Source: Methylocystaceae bacterium UBA5192 (lineage in GTDB: Bacteria > Pseudomonadota > Alphaproteobacteria > Rhizobiales > Beijerinckiaceae). From it: a DNA stretch of 64,000 bases. The position numbers and the translations under genes were made by a program. The notes below the pieces were generated by a model that was not told where the DNA came from, ran no database searches, and saw only the letters and a list, made by a program, of their open reading frames with translations. Shown one piece after another: positions 21,432 through 29,643 of the stretch (positions within the stretch are counted from its first letter, which is position 1; every line of letters begins with the position of its first letter). The stretch spans positions 20,385-84,384 of the forward strand of contig DHWC01000036.1 of NCBI GenBank assembly GCA_002412985.1, written 5' to 3'.

Positions 21432-22241
21432 ATGAAAAAAAACAGAATAGCCAAAATTTTTCTTTATATTTTTCTTTTTATGCCGTTTTGGTCGTCACTG
21501 TCTCTTGCAGATGGAGGAATTGATTTTAATAAGTTTCACATTGTTGATTTAACGCATGTCTTTGACGCCACCACAATTGCCTGGCCGACTGAAAAGTCAG
21601 GTTTTGAACTGAAGCCCTCGTTTAAGGGGGTTACGAAGTCAGGATTTTTCTACTTTTCAAATACATTTTGCTCGCCAGAGCATAGTGGCACACATTTGGA
21701 CGCGCCTATGCATTTTGCACAGGGGCGTTGGACAAGTTCCGACATTCCAGTGGAGCGTTTTGTTGGACCGGCGGTTGTCGTTGATATCTCCCGCCAAACA
21801 GCAAACAATGCTGATTATCGATTAAGCCGTGAAGACCTTAATGATTGGGAGAAGGCTCACGGCAAAGTGCCAAGGGACGCTATATTTTTACTCCGTACAG
21901 GTTGGAGTCAAAAATGGCCTGAGCGTAAGGCCTATCTTGGAGATGATACGCCAGGGGATGCAACAAAATTACATTTTCCCTCTTATGGTTCTGAGGCCGT
22001 TTCGTTCCTCATCCAAGAAAGAGGCGTACGGATGATCGGCGTCGATACGGCGAGTATCGATTACGGACAATCTCAAGATTTTATTGTTCATCGACTTGTT
22101 GGCGCAGCGAATGTGCCGGCGCTTGAAAATTTGACCGATTTAGAAAAACTCCCTGCGACAGGCGCTACTATTGTCGCCTTGCCAATGAAGATTGGCCTAG
22201 GATCTGGCGCGCCAACCCGCGTGATCGCTTTTTATCCTTGA
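21432..22241 (+). CDS. Cyclase / kynurenine formamidase-like metallohydrolase with signal peptide
   Basis: VDLTH, metal motif EHSGTHLDAPMHF, LLRTGW, GVDTASID, ENL...PMKI..GSGAPTR. Cleavable N-terminal signal (SLA|D). Confidence 0.9.
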   Translation: MKKNRIAKIFLYIFLFMPFWSSLSLADGGIDFNKFHIVDLTHVFDATTIAWPTEKSGFELKPSFKGVTKSGFFYFSNTFCSPEHSGTHLDAPMHFAQGRWTSSDIPVERFVGPAVVVDISRQTANNADYRLSREDLNDWEKAHGKVPRDAIFLLRTGWSQKWPERKAYLGDDTPGDATKLHFPSYGSEAVSFLIQERGVRMIGVDTASIDYGQSQDFIVHRLVGAANVPALENLTDLEKLPATGATIVALPMKIGLGSGAPTRVIAFYP

Positions 22242-22403
22242 TGAAGCGCTCACGCCAAATCTAGGATTGGTTTTACGACGCGCAGGTAATTTCTTATTAA
22301 CCATCTCAGCTGGGAGAGAATAATTTCTGTATCTGGTCTTTTTTCTATCACTATTTTTTTTAATTTATAAAGCTCGTGTGAGCTGTCCTGGAGTTGTGCT
22401 CTG

Positions 22404-22916
22404 ATGATTTGTAAATCTAATTTGGCCATTGCTTCAGCCATTTCAGCAGGTCTTCTCCTCTCTGGCTGCGCTGGAACAGGGCCGGCTATGCCCCAAATAC
22501 CCGTGATGCCCGGTAAGGGAAAATCCTACACGGTCTTTCAAAAAGATGATGCTTACTGTCAAAATGCAGCACAAAACGCTATTGGAGGACAATCGCCTGG
22601 CGTAGCAAGCAATAGCGAAGCCTTGGGTAGCGCCGTTGTTGGAACGGGTCTAGGCGCAGCCACAGGCGCGCTCATTGGCGCTGCAGCAGGAAATCGGCCA
22701 GGAACGGGCGCTGCGATTGGGGCAGGCTCAGGCTTGTTGTTGGGCAGCGCGGTCGGTCAAGGACGCGCAAGCGCTGCAGGTAACTCAATCCAGTCTCGGT
22801 ATGACACGGTTTATGCGCAATGCATGTCGGCAAAGGGCCATCAGGTCGGCGTGGGCGTGAATGCTGCGCCAGTTTATAATAGCGGGCCTGTTTATGGCGG
22901 TCCGATTTATTACTAA
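22404..22916 (+). CDS. Glycine-zipper lipoprotein
   Basis: Lipobox LSGC, PGKGKS..FQ.DD..C, Gly/Ala zipper, YAQCM..KG. Confidence 0.88.
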   Translation: MICKSNLAIASAISAGLLLSGCAGTGPAMPQIPVMPGKGKSYTVFQKDDAYCQNAAQNAIGGQSPGVASNSEALGSAVVGTGLGAATGALIGAAAGNRPGTGAAIGAGSGLLLGSAVGQGRASAAGNSIQSRYDTVYAQCMSAKGHQVGVGVNAAPVYNSGPVYGGPIYY

Positions 22917-22980
22917 TTCAGTAGGCTCTCTGCGCCTAAGCGACTAACCATTACCTGTAGCTAGGATCGGGTTCAGAGAA

Positions 22981-23163
22981 TTATTTCAATGAAGAGGGAG
23001 AGACATGCTGATCGATGCCGCTCAGACGTTCTTGGAGCTTGTCCAATAAGCGGATGATTTCAGAGGGCGCGGCATCAGTAGGGTCAACTTGAAACTGCTG
23101 ACGTAACCCACGTTTAATGAGACCTGCGACGTCGATTTTTGATGTGCTTTCTAAAACTTCCAT
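22981..23163 (-). CDS. NepR-like anti-sigma factor peptide (60 aa)
   Basis: IKRGLRQQFQ...DAAPSEIIRLLDKLQ resembles the NepR core IG.qLR..y....EPvPdrf.dLL.qL. A sigma-EcfG promoter lies upstream. Confidence 0.6.
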   Translation of the reverse strand: MEVLESTSKIDVAGLIKRGLRQQFQVDPTDAAPSEIIRLLDKLQERLSGIDQHVSPSSLK

Positions 23164-23228
23164 TTTGAACCCGTAATGTGGTCAATAGTGCTGTGACGCT
23201 CTTTACGCGGATTAACTATCGCTGGGTT

Positions 23229-23253
23229 AACGTTTAAACCTGTAAAGCGTTCC
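23229..23253 (-). promoter_or_regulatory. Sigma-EcfG (general stress) promoter
   Basis: Minus strand reads GGAAC-gctttacaggtttaaa(16)-CGTT, an exact match to GGAAC-N16/17-CGTT, 65 bp before the NepR-like ATG. Confidence 0.8.
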
Positions 23254-24031
23254 CTTAAGGGTTAAAAATACATAAGTTATTGATAATAAAATAATTTTAT
23301 TGTCTTATAAACAGTCCTAACCATTCTTTAGACAAAAAATCCTCTTTATTCATTGTACACTTGATGAATGCTTACAAAGGAACAATAGCTTTATAAGCAG
23401 CGCTAAGTGAGGGCTGACCTAGCTCAATCCTAAGCGATGATTATCCCTTGGCTTGAGCCTAGAAGGTTGCAAATAGGCTTTGGCTCGCGGGGGAATAAAA
23501 ATAATTAGTCATGAATGGGGTGAGAGCAGAGCAAATTATTTTTTCTCAATATCAGCAAAAAACTTATTAAATGCTTGGTTATTTATTAAATTAATCAATA
23601 TATTTTTGAATGAGTTCGATAAAATATAAAATCATATTTCAAGATAAGAAACTGCACGATGTTTAACATTTTAAAGGATCTGCGTATCGGTCAGTCTAAT
23701 ATGCGAAGCGCATTGGCGCGATAGCTTGTAAGAATGTTTTATTGTCAGTTGACCCACTAATAGTGAATTATTACCGGCTTTTTTGATTATCAGCTATTAA
23801 GATGATTGTAAGTTGACATTTTAGTCAACCTTGCAGAAGGGAGATATACTCCTAGTCTGAAGTATTTTTTTATTTTATTTTATTTTTCCTATTGTTTAAT
23901 TTATCTTATTATTATATTTAATCGTGTATTCGGGTTTGAGAATAGTTTTTATTATTGACGCTTAATTAACTTTTTAATTTTTGACGTCAGTTTTCCCCCG
24001 AGTTATTTTAGATAAATACCAAGGTAAACTT

Positions 24032-24859
24032 ATGAAAAATTCTAATCGGTTGTTTGCGAGAGCTTACAAGTCGAGATCAGCTAAATTACTCAACGCTCCA
24101 TTCCACCCAAGTCTCATACAAACAGAAAATGTGGAGCTAAAAAGTGATTCGAGAAGCGTTTCGGATCGCATTGTCTCTGATCGACGAACCAGCGAGATAC
24201 ATAAAGAAGCCCACGCAATATTTAGTACGCATAAGTCAGATCAACAGTCGCGCCTAAGCCAAATGTCAGACGCCAGCGACTCTTCGGCAGGGGGGCGCAT
24301 TCTGCCTTGCCTCTTAGAAACAAAAGCTTCAGAGAGTTTAGAGGCGGAAGACAAGTCGAATTTAAAAACGCTAAAAATCGCGGCAAAGTCGGTTAAAAAA
24401 CTACCGAGAAATAAACCCGCTCTTTCAACTGTTAATAGGCCGTTACGTCCCGTAAGGGCTCAATATGTCGAAGATTTTAGGAGTTATGCGGTGAGTGAAG
24501 AATTTGCAAATTTGTCTGATCTTGAAATCCTATCAATGATCGAACGCGCGCATCGTGAAATTGCGCGCCGCAAAGACGCGGGTAAAGTAAATTTGCGAGC
24601 TGAAATTGAAGCTAAACTCGCTAAAGCCGGCCTAGATCTGGGCGACTTATTTCCTGATACGGCTAAGAAGGGGCGTAAACCAGGTAAGGCGACAACTGGT
24701 GACGGAGAGAAAGCCTCAATCGTTAAGTATAAGGATCATGTTTCCGGAGATACCTGGTCAGGTAGAGGCGCTCATCCACCACAATGGGTTAAAATGATTA
24801 TGACCCAGAGAAACTGGACAGTTGATCAATTTAAACAATCTGGCGAATATGATGCGTGA
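24032..24859 (+). CDS. H-NS family nucleoid protein with long N-terminal extension
   Basis: C-terminal KYKDHVSGDTWSGRGAHPPQW (TWxGxGRxP-type motif) and coiled coil LSDLEILSMIERAHREIARRK. An alternative in-frame GTG at 24491 has an AGGAG RBS. Confidence 0.85.
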   Translation: MKNSNRLFARAYKSRSAKLLNAPFHPSLIQTENVELKSDSRSVSDRIVSDRRTSEIHKEAHAIFSTHKSDQQSRLSQMSDASDSSAGGRILPCLLETKASESLEAEDKSNLKTLKIAAKSVKKLPRNKPALSTVNRPLRPVRAQYVEDFRSYAVSEEFANLSDLEILSMIERAHREIARRKDAGKVNLRAEIEAKLAKAGLDLGDLFPDTAKKGRKPGKATTGDGEKASIVKYKDHVSGDTWSGRGAHPPQWVKMIMTQRNWTVDQFKQSGEYDA

Positions 24860-24900
24860 TTGCTAAGTCAATCAAGGATCTACAACCAATCAAATTTGTA

Positions 24901-24931
24901 AGCCGGAGAGGTTATGCTCTCCGGTTTTTTT
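24901..24931 (+). terminator. Intrinsic terminator after H-NS
   Basis: GCCGGAGAG-gttatg-CTCTCCGGT followed by a T-run. Confidence 0.88.
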
Positions 24932-25122
24932 AATGAATTACTCAAAATTGACTAATAGATAATTTTGAATTTGAGCTCTATTACCCAAGGTTAAAGCCTA
25001 GGCAGTATGAATTGTATTCAAGAATTTAAAAAATAGCCATGTAGAGTATCAAATGTAGGAGTTGACCTAATTTAGGTTAAAAGTAATAAGAGCATCATTG
25101 TCTGTTGCTAAACGAGTTCGCT

Positions 25123-25767
25123 ATGAGAATATTTCTTATCTTGATCCTTTTTGGCGCCGCCGTAGCGGGATATATTTTTTCTAATAGTAATAACCCAAGC
25201 ATACAAAAGCTTGAGACAACAATAGAGTCGTCCAAGCTTGGCGACAAAGCGAAATCTATGGTTGAGGCTGTGCGGACGCCTAAAAGCCCGGAATGTAGAA
25301 AGCTGCTTAAAAACATCGAAGATAAAACAACGGCAACAGTTCAACATATTTCCACTGAAGGACATGAAGTTTTACTTGATCATGCCCCAACTAAATCATC
25401 TATTTCGCTGGACTGTTCTAATCCTGCTAGAATGTCTTTGACTTTTATATCAAAGGACACTGAGCCGGCAGCTGAATGGTATAAAGTTATCGCCTCAGCA
25501 AGCGACATGCTCGTTAACAAGGAGCCCGCAGCGATTATTGAAGCAGTAAAAAAATGTTTGGTTGCAGCAAAAAGTGCATCCACAACATCTGCAGAAAAGG
25601 AAATTTCAGGAATTGATGTAGATTGTTCGTTGCCCGAAAAAGATGAATCGGGATTGCTTGTGGCTATATTCCCTGCAAATCCGAAAGAATCTGATGCAGG
25701 GGAAACAGAACCTCAGCGATTAGAGGTAAAAAAAGATAAGAAGCAAAAAGGCCATACTCATAAATAG
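25123..25767 (+). CDS. Hypothetical membrane-anchored/exported protein
   Basis: N-terminal hydrophobic helix (MRIFLILILFGAAVAGYIF), four Cys residues and a Lys-rich tail. Confidence 0.7.
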   Translation: MRIFLILILFGAAVAGYIFSNSNNPSIQKLETTIESSKLGDKAKSMVEAVRTPKSPECRKLLKNIEDKTTATVQHISTEGHEVLLDHAPTKSSISLDCSNPARMSLTFISKDTEPAAEWYKVIASASDMLVNKEPAAIIEAVKKCLVAAKSASTTSAEKEISGIDVDCSLPEKDESGLLVAIFPANPKESDAGETEPQRLEVKKDKKQKGHTHK

Positions 25768-26185
25768 AAAATTCTTTGGCCTCTACTTTAATACGGCTAT
25801 CAGCTAAAGCGTCCTAAAAAAATCATTCCTGAAAAATCAAGAAGTCAGTTGTATTGATTTTTCGAATTCAATTTTAGCGAATTAAAATTGGTTTACTTGA
25901 TGTGTCTATAAAGCATTTTTTGTAAATGAAATTCTTTAGGCGTTAAAGCCTGCGTTTTACAATATTCGAGTTGTCCGAAGTCTCTCAGGGGTTATCTAAG
26001 CTATATTCTTGAATTGTGATGCCAGAAGTGCAGGGCGTTCCCTTAATTGAAGGGGCGCAAAATAAAAAACAGCTAAGCAAGTGATATTTGCTTATATATA
26101 AACATTATACTTGCCTAATTTTCTGCCCAGGACAGAGAGCGCTCCTCCTATGTGCGCTAGCGCACATCCACCGCAATATCCTTAA

Positions 26186-26202
26186 GTTAAATATTGTTTA
26201 AC
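26186..26202. promoter_or_regulatory. Perfect CtrA box
   Basis: GTTAA-atattgt-TTAAC matches TTAA-N7-TTAAC on both strands and continues as TTAACCAT. Confidence 0.7.
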
Positions 26203-26218
26203 CATGAGGGATATCACA

Positions 26219-26416
26219 ATGAGCTACTATTCAGATGCCACGTCAAATTATGCGTCAATTCGCCGTCAGTTTAAAGTTTCCCTAGCTTTGATCGTTGCTA
26301 TGGCCTTAGCAGCCTTTATTCTTGGTTTCTGCCTGCCGGTCAGTTCGCATGTGACTGTGGTGGATAACCAGCAGGAAACGCTCTCTATCGGTCGCCTTGT
26401 AGATCTAAATCAGTAA
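26219..26416 (+). CDS. Small single-TM hypothetical protein
   Basis: GAGGGA RBS before the ATG at 26219. RRQFKVSLALIVAMALAAFILGF helix. Confidence 0.65.
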   Translation: MSYYSDATSNYASIRRQFKVSLALIVAMALAAFILGFCLPVSSHVTVVDNQQETLSIGRLVDLNQ

Positions 26417-26524
26417 AAGACGAGGAACCGGATGATTAATGAGATTCAGTTCAATTGAAGAGACCTATTAAAACTGTTTTATTCAGTTTTTATAGCGAAT
26501 TTAAGCAACGGTCGACAGGGGTTT

Positions 26525-27091
26525 TTAAAAATAAGGCCAGAGAAATCCGCGCTTTTTTTGGGCGGACAGATTTAAGTTCGCCAATCCTTCTTCAAATTGT
26601 TTGCCGATCATTTTATCCCTTGAAATGAGCAGGTTAAAAAATTTAGAGACAAAAGTATCTCTGCCTGTGATGGACCAAACGACCACTGTTTTTGCGCCGC
26701 CTGAGTTTTCAGCGGGACTTAATGAAAAGATGACTTCATTATTGCTCTTAAAGGGGTGAAGGAGATCAAGATTAAATCGGATCTCTTTATAGGGGATGCC
26801 TTCGATAAGCGTCATAGAGCCGGTACCGGCTTTTTTGCTGTCTGACCATTGAATTTGAGCATCGCGTCCGACAGTATTTTTACTATATGAGATCTGCGCT
26901 GTCGCATCGCTTTCGGCCCATGGCGACCAATCCTTCCAATTTTTAAGATCATTAATTAAGCTAAAAACTTTTTTTGGCTGTGCGTTGATGACAGCTGATC
27001 TTTTTACAATAAATCTCTCTGGTTGTACGACGACAAAAACTGCGATCGCCGCAAGCAAAAAATATAGGAATATTAGAAATTCGCCTGTCAT
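26525..27091 (-). CDS. SRPBCC (polyketide cyclase-like) family protein
   Basis: N-terminal TM, VKRSAVINA.P.KVF..IND..W..WSPW, MIGKQFEEGLANL. Confidence 0.88.
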   Translation of the reverse strand: MTGEFLIFLYFLLAAIAVFVVVQPERFIVKRSAVINAQPKKVFSLINDLKNWKDWSPWAESDATAQISYSKNTVGRDAQIQWSDSKKAGTGSMTLIEGIPYKEIRFNLDLLHPFKSNNEVIFSLSPAENSGGAKTVVVWSITGRDTFVSKFFNLLISRDKMIGKQFEEGLANLNLSAQKKRGFLWPYF

Positions 27092-27638
27092 TTTTTCAAT
27101 CCATATGGAGTTATGGGCGGAAAGTATGATTTAATTATAAGAGTTTTCTTCCTAGCACGGACACGTAAAATAATTACATTTTAACTGTGTGTTTTGTCTA
27201 TGTGACAAAGCGTCCATAAATTTTTTATTTAAATGATGCATTGTTTTAACGAAAAAGGGAATGCTGAAGCAACTGAGAGTAAAAAATAGATAATTGATCC
27301 TCGGTCTATTATTAGAATTATACGAGTTACCAAGCGACAATAATTTTTACAAATAGTCGTTGTGTTTTTATCGCTTGAGCGGCTGTATCGCAACAATTCA
27401 AGCTTTACAAAAATTATTGATTTAAATTCAAGTGATAGACTTAATTTCAAAATCCATTCAAAAATGCTTTACGTCAAATAAATCATATTATTGCCACAAT
27501 TTATAAGCCTCCGCTCATTCGATATTTGGATGAAGGCAACTATTGTGAAAGGTTTATGGGGTTTACTCTACTTTGATCGTTTTTGGCGCTTGCGCCAAAT
27601 GAACGAGATTGTTCCTAGTAGCGTAAGTGAGTTGCGTC

Positions 27639-28175
27639 ATGCTGAAGATGGAGCGTTTTTTTTCTTTTTTCGCATTTATGCGGCGGCATTCTAATGCATC
27701 ACTGCCATACCCACAGGCTTGGGTATGGCAAGAATATCAAGCTCGGTTTACACAAACTGACTTTGAACTTGTAATGTTACATCAGCCGCCCATACCTATG
27801 GCATGGGTATGGTGTCATTATCGCGCAGAATTTCTTCAAACGGCTGAAGAACAGTGGCTGGTAAAGACGCCAGGTCCATCTGCCTGGGTTTGGACGGCCT
27901 ACCGTGATAAATTGTTTCAATCCGATGCTGAACATGCAGCATTGAATGCGCCGCCAGTTCCTATGGGATGGGTCTGGAGCTATTATCGCGGCGAACTTTC
28001 TCAATCCAGCTTAGAAAAAGAACAGCTGGGTAGACACGCGCGATCTAATAACACTGTTGTTGAATTCCCTAGGAAGGCTTCTCAGTTTTATCCGCAACAT
28101 ATAGCCGCTTCATTAGCGGTTGGGTTCACTGGTCTTGTGCTTCTTTTCCAGGCGGTTGTCATGAATAGCCTATAA
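27639..28175 (+). CDS. Hypothetical repeat protein (4 x 27-28 aa, P.AWVW..Y...Q...E) with C-terminal TM
   Basis: Four internal repeats and a hydrophobic C-terminus, followed by a terminator-like hairpin. Start at 27627, 27639 or 27648. Confidence 0.8.
   Translation: MLKMERFFSFFAFMRRHSNASLPYPQAWVWQEYQARFTQTDFELVMLHQPPIPMAWVWCHYRAEFLQTAEEQWLVKTPGPSAWVWTAYRDKLFQSDAEHAALNAPPVPMGWVWSYYRGELSQSSLEKEQLGRHARSNNTVVEFPRKASQFYPQHIAASLAVGFTGLVLLFQAVVMNSL
27705..28028 (+). repeat. Intragenic degenerate tandem repeat (81-84 bp period)
   Basis: TGGGT(A/T/C)TGG cores recur at spacings of 84, 81 and 84 bp. Confidence 0.8.
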
Positions 28176-28202
28176 TAGCTTTGGGCTTAGGACTGACTAT
28201 TT

Positions 28203-28223
28203 TGGGCGCCTCTTAGGCGTTTT
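28203..28223 (+). terminator. Probable terminator after the repeat-protein gene
   Basis: GGGCGCCT-ctt-AGGCGTTT followed by Ts. Confidence 0.55.
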
Positions 28224-28436
28224 TATCCCCGCTGCTTATTTGGCATGGAGAGATGCGACCTAAGGAGCCAGTTTCTGCAACAGAACAATTTTTTGTTATA
28301 ATTTTGATCCAGAAAGAGCGTTTAGATGGGTTGATTGCTCTTTTCGCATTTCAATAGGATCGGCAACAAAATATTGTATTGATGCAGCAGGCATATTTTA
28401 AAAAATATGTCTGCAAAATTTTATAGCTATTTAAAT

Positions 28437-28469
28437 AAAAAAGGCGGCTAAACAGCCGCCTTTTGTTTT
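28437..28469. terminator. Terminator of rplM-rpsI (bidirectional)
   Basis: AAAAAAGGCGGCT-aaac-AGCCGCCTTTT. Confidence 0.88.
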
Positions 28470-28498
28470 GTTGTTGCGAGAGGCTAATTTTATACTGA

Positions 28499-28972
28499 TT
28501 AGCGCTTCGAGAATTGGAAACTGCGACGGGCTTTTTTCTTGCCGTATTTTTTACGTTCAACCACACGCGAGTCGCGGGTAAGAAAGCCTTCTTTCTTTAA
28601 TGGCGTGCGTAGTTCTGGTTCGTAATTTGTGAGCGCCTTAGCTAAACCATGGCGCACCGCGCCGGCTTGGCCAGATAATCCGCCGCCAGCTACGGAAACT
28701 ACAAGGTCATATTGCCCATGACGCTTAACAACTACCAGGGGCTGCTGAAGAATCATGCGCAATACAGGACGTGCAAAATACACTGCGATATCGCGTCCAT
28801 TGACAGTAACTTTGCCTGAGCCAGGCTTAATCCAGACTCGAGCCACGGCGTTTTTACGCTTTCCAGTCGCGTAAGCGCGACCGTATTTATCTAGTTTCTG
28901 AACATAGCGCGGAGCGTCGGATACGCCTGCGGCTTGATTGAGGTCGGACAGTGAGGAAAGGGTCTCGGCCAT
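28499..28972 (-). CDS. rpsI: 30S ribosomal protein S9
   Basis: [43 protein letters not shown]. Confidence 0.98.
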   Translation of the reverse strand: MAETLSSLSDLNQAAGVSDAPRYVQKLDKYGRAYATGKRKNAVARVWIKPGSGKVTVNGRDIAVYFARPVLRMILQQPLVVVKRHGQYDLVVSVAGGGLSGQAGAVRHGLAKALTNYEPELRTPLKKEGFLTRDSRVVERKKYGKKKARRSFQFSKR

Positions 28973-28974
28973 GA

Positions 28975-29445
28975 TCAAGCGCTCCGGACGTTCTTAGTGT
29001 TAAGGGCGGCAACGTTCAGCGTTGCAGGGTTTTGAGCGGTGTGTGGATGCTCTGAGCCCTTATAGACGCGAAGATTACTAAGCTGTTGACGGCCCAGTGG
29101 ACCGCGGGGAAGCATGCGTTGAACCGCCTTTTCGAGAATGCGCTCAGGGAAACGGCCCTCGAGAATAAATTTTGCGGAGCGTTCTTTGATCCCGCCTGGA
29201 TAGCCAGTGTGATGGTAGTAAACTTTCTGATCGCGTTTGCGGCCAGTTAAGACAACCTTATCAGCGTTGATAACAATGATATTATCGCCGTCGTCCATAT
29301 GCGGCGTGAAGCTCGCTTTATGTTTGCCGCGAAGGCGTAGCGCAATGATTGAGGCTAATCGCCCAACAACGAGGCCGGATGCATCAATGAGCACCCATTT
29401 TTTTTCGATGTCGGCGGGTTTCGCCGAATAAGTCTTGCCATACAT
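28975..29445 (-). CDS. rplM: 50S ribosomal protein L13
   Basis: [38 protein letters not shown]. Confidence 0.98.
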   Translation of the reverse strand: MYGKTYSAKPADIEKKWVLIDASGLVVGRLASIIALRLRGKHKASFTPHMDDGDNIIVINADKVVLTGRKRDQKVYYHHTGYPGGIKERSAKFILEGRFPERILEKAVQRMLPRGPLGRQQLSNLRVYKGSEHPHTAQNPATLNVAALNTKNVRSA

Positions 29446-29643
29446 AGGATGAAAATTCCGTCTGAACGAGGTGTCCGGATAGGGCGTGAATAAAGGAAGG
29501 TCGAAGAGAGGTCAAGCGCTATTATACACATTTATTATTTACAAGTGTATGATAATAAAAGGTAATTACTAATACGGTAATCAGATACCTCATAATAGAG
29601 GTCTCCCACCCTCAAACAGCCGCCTGACCTTTCTAAAACAAGC

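Noticed and set aside
22250-22441. 63-aa minus-strand ORF
   Set aside because: It overlaps the start of the lipoprotein gene head-to-head, with no RBS or family features.
27152-27694. Short ORFs in the AT-rich spacer (27152-27340, 27229-27450, 27491-27694)
   Set aside because: Composition mirrors AT-rich non-coding DNA, they overlap one another or the repeat gene, and they lack an RBS.
27705-28028. CRISPR-like or non-coding DNA repeat array
   Set aside because: Repeats are conserved at the amino-acid level with synonymous variation, the periods are multiples of 3, and no cas genes are present.
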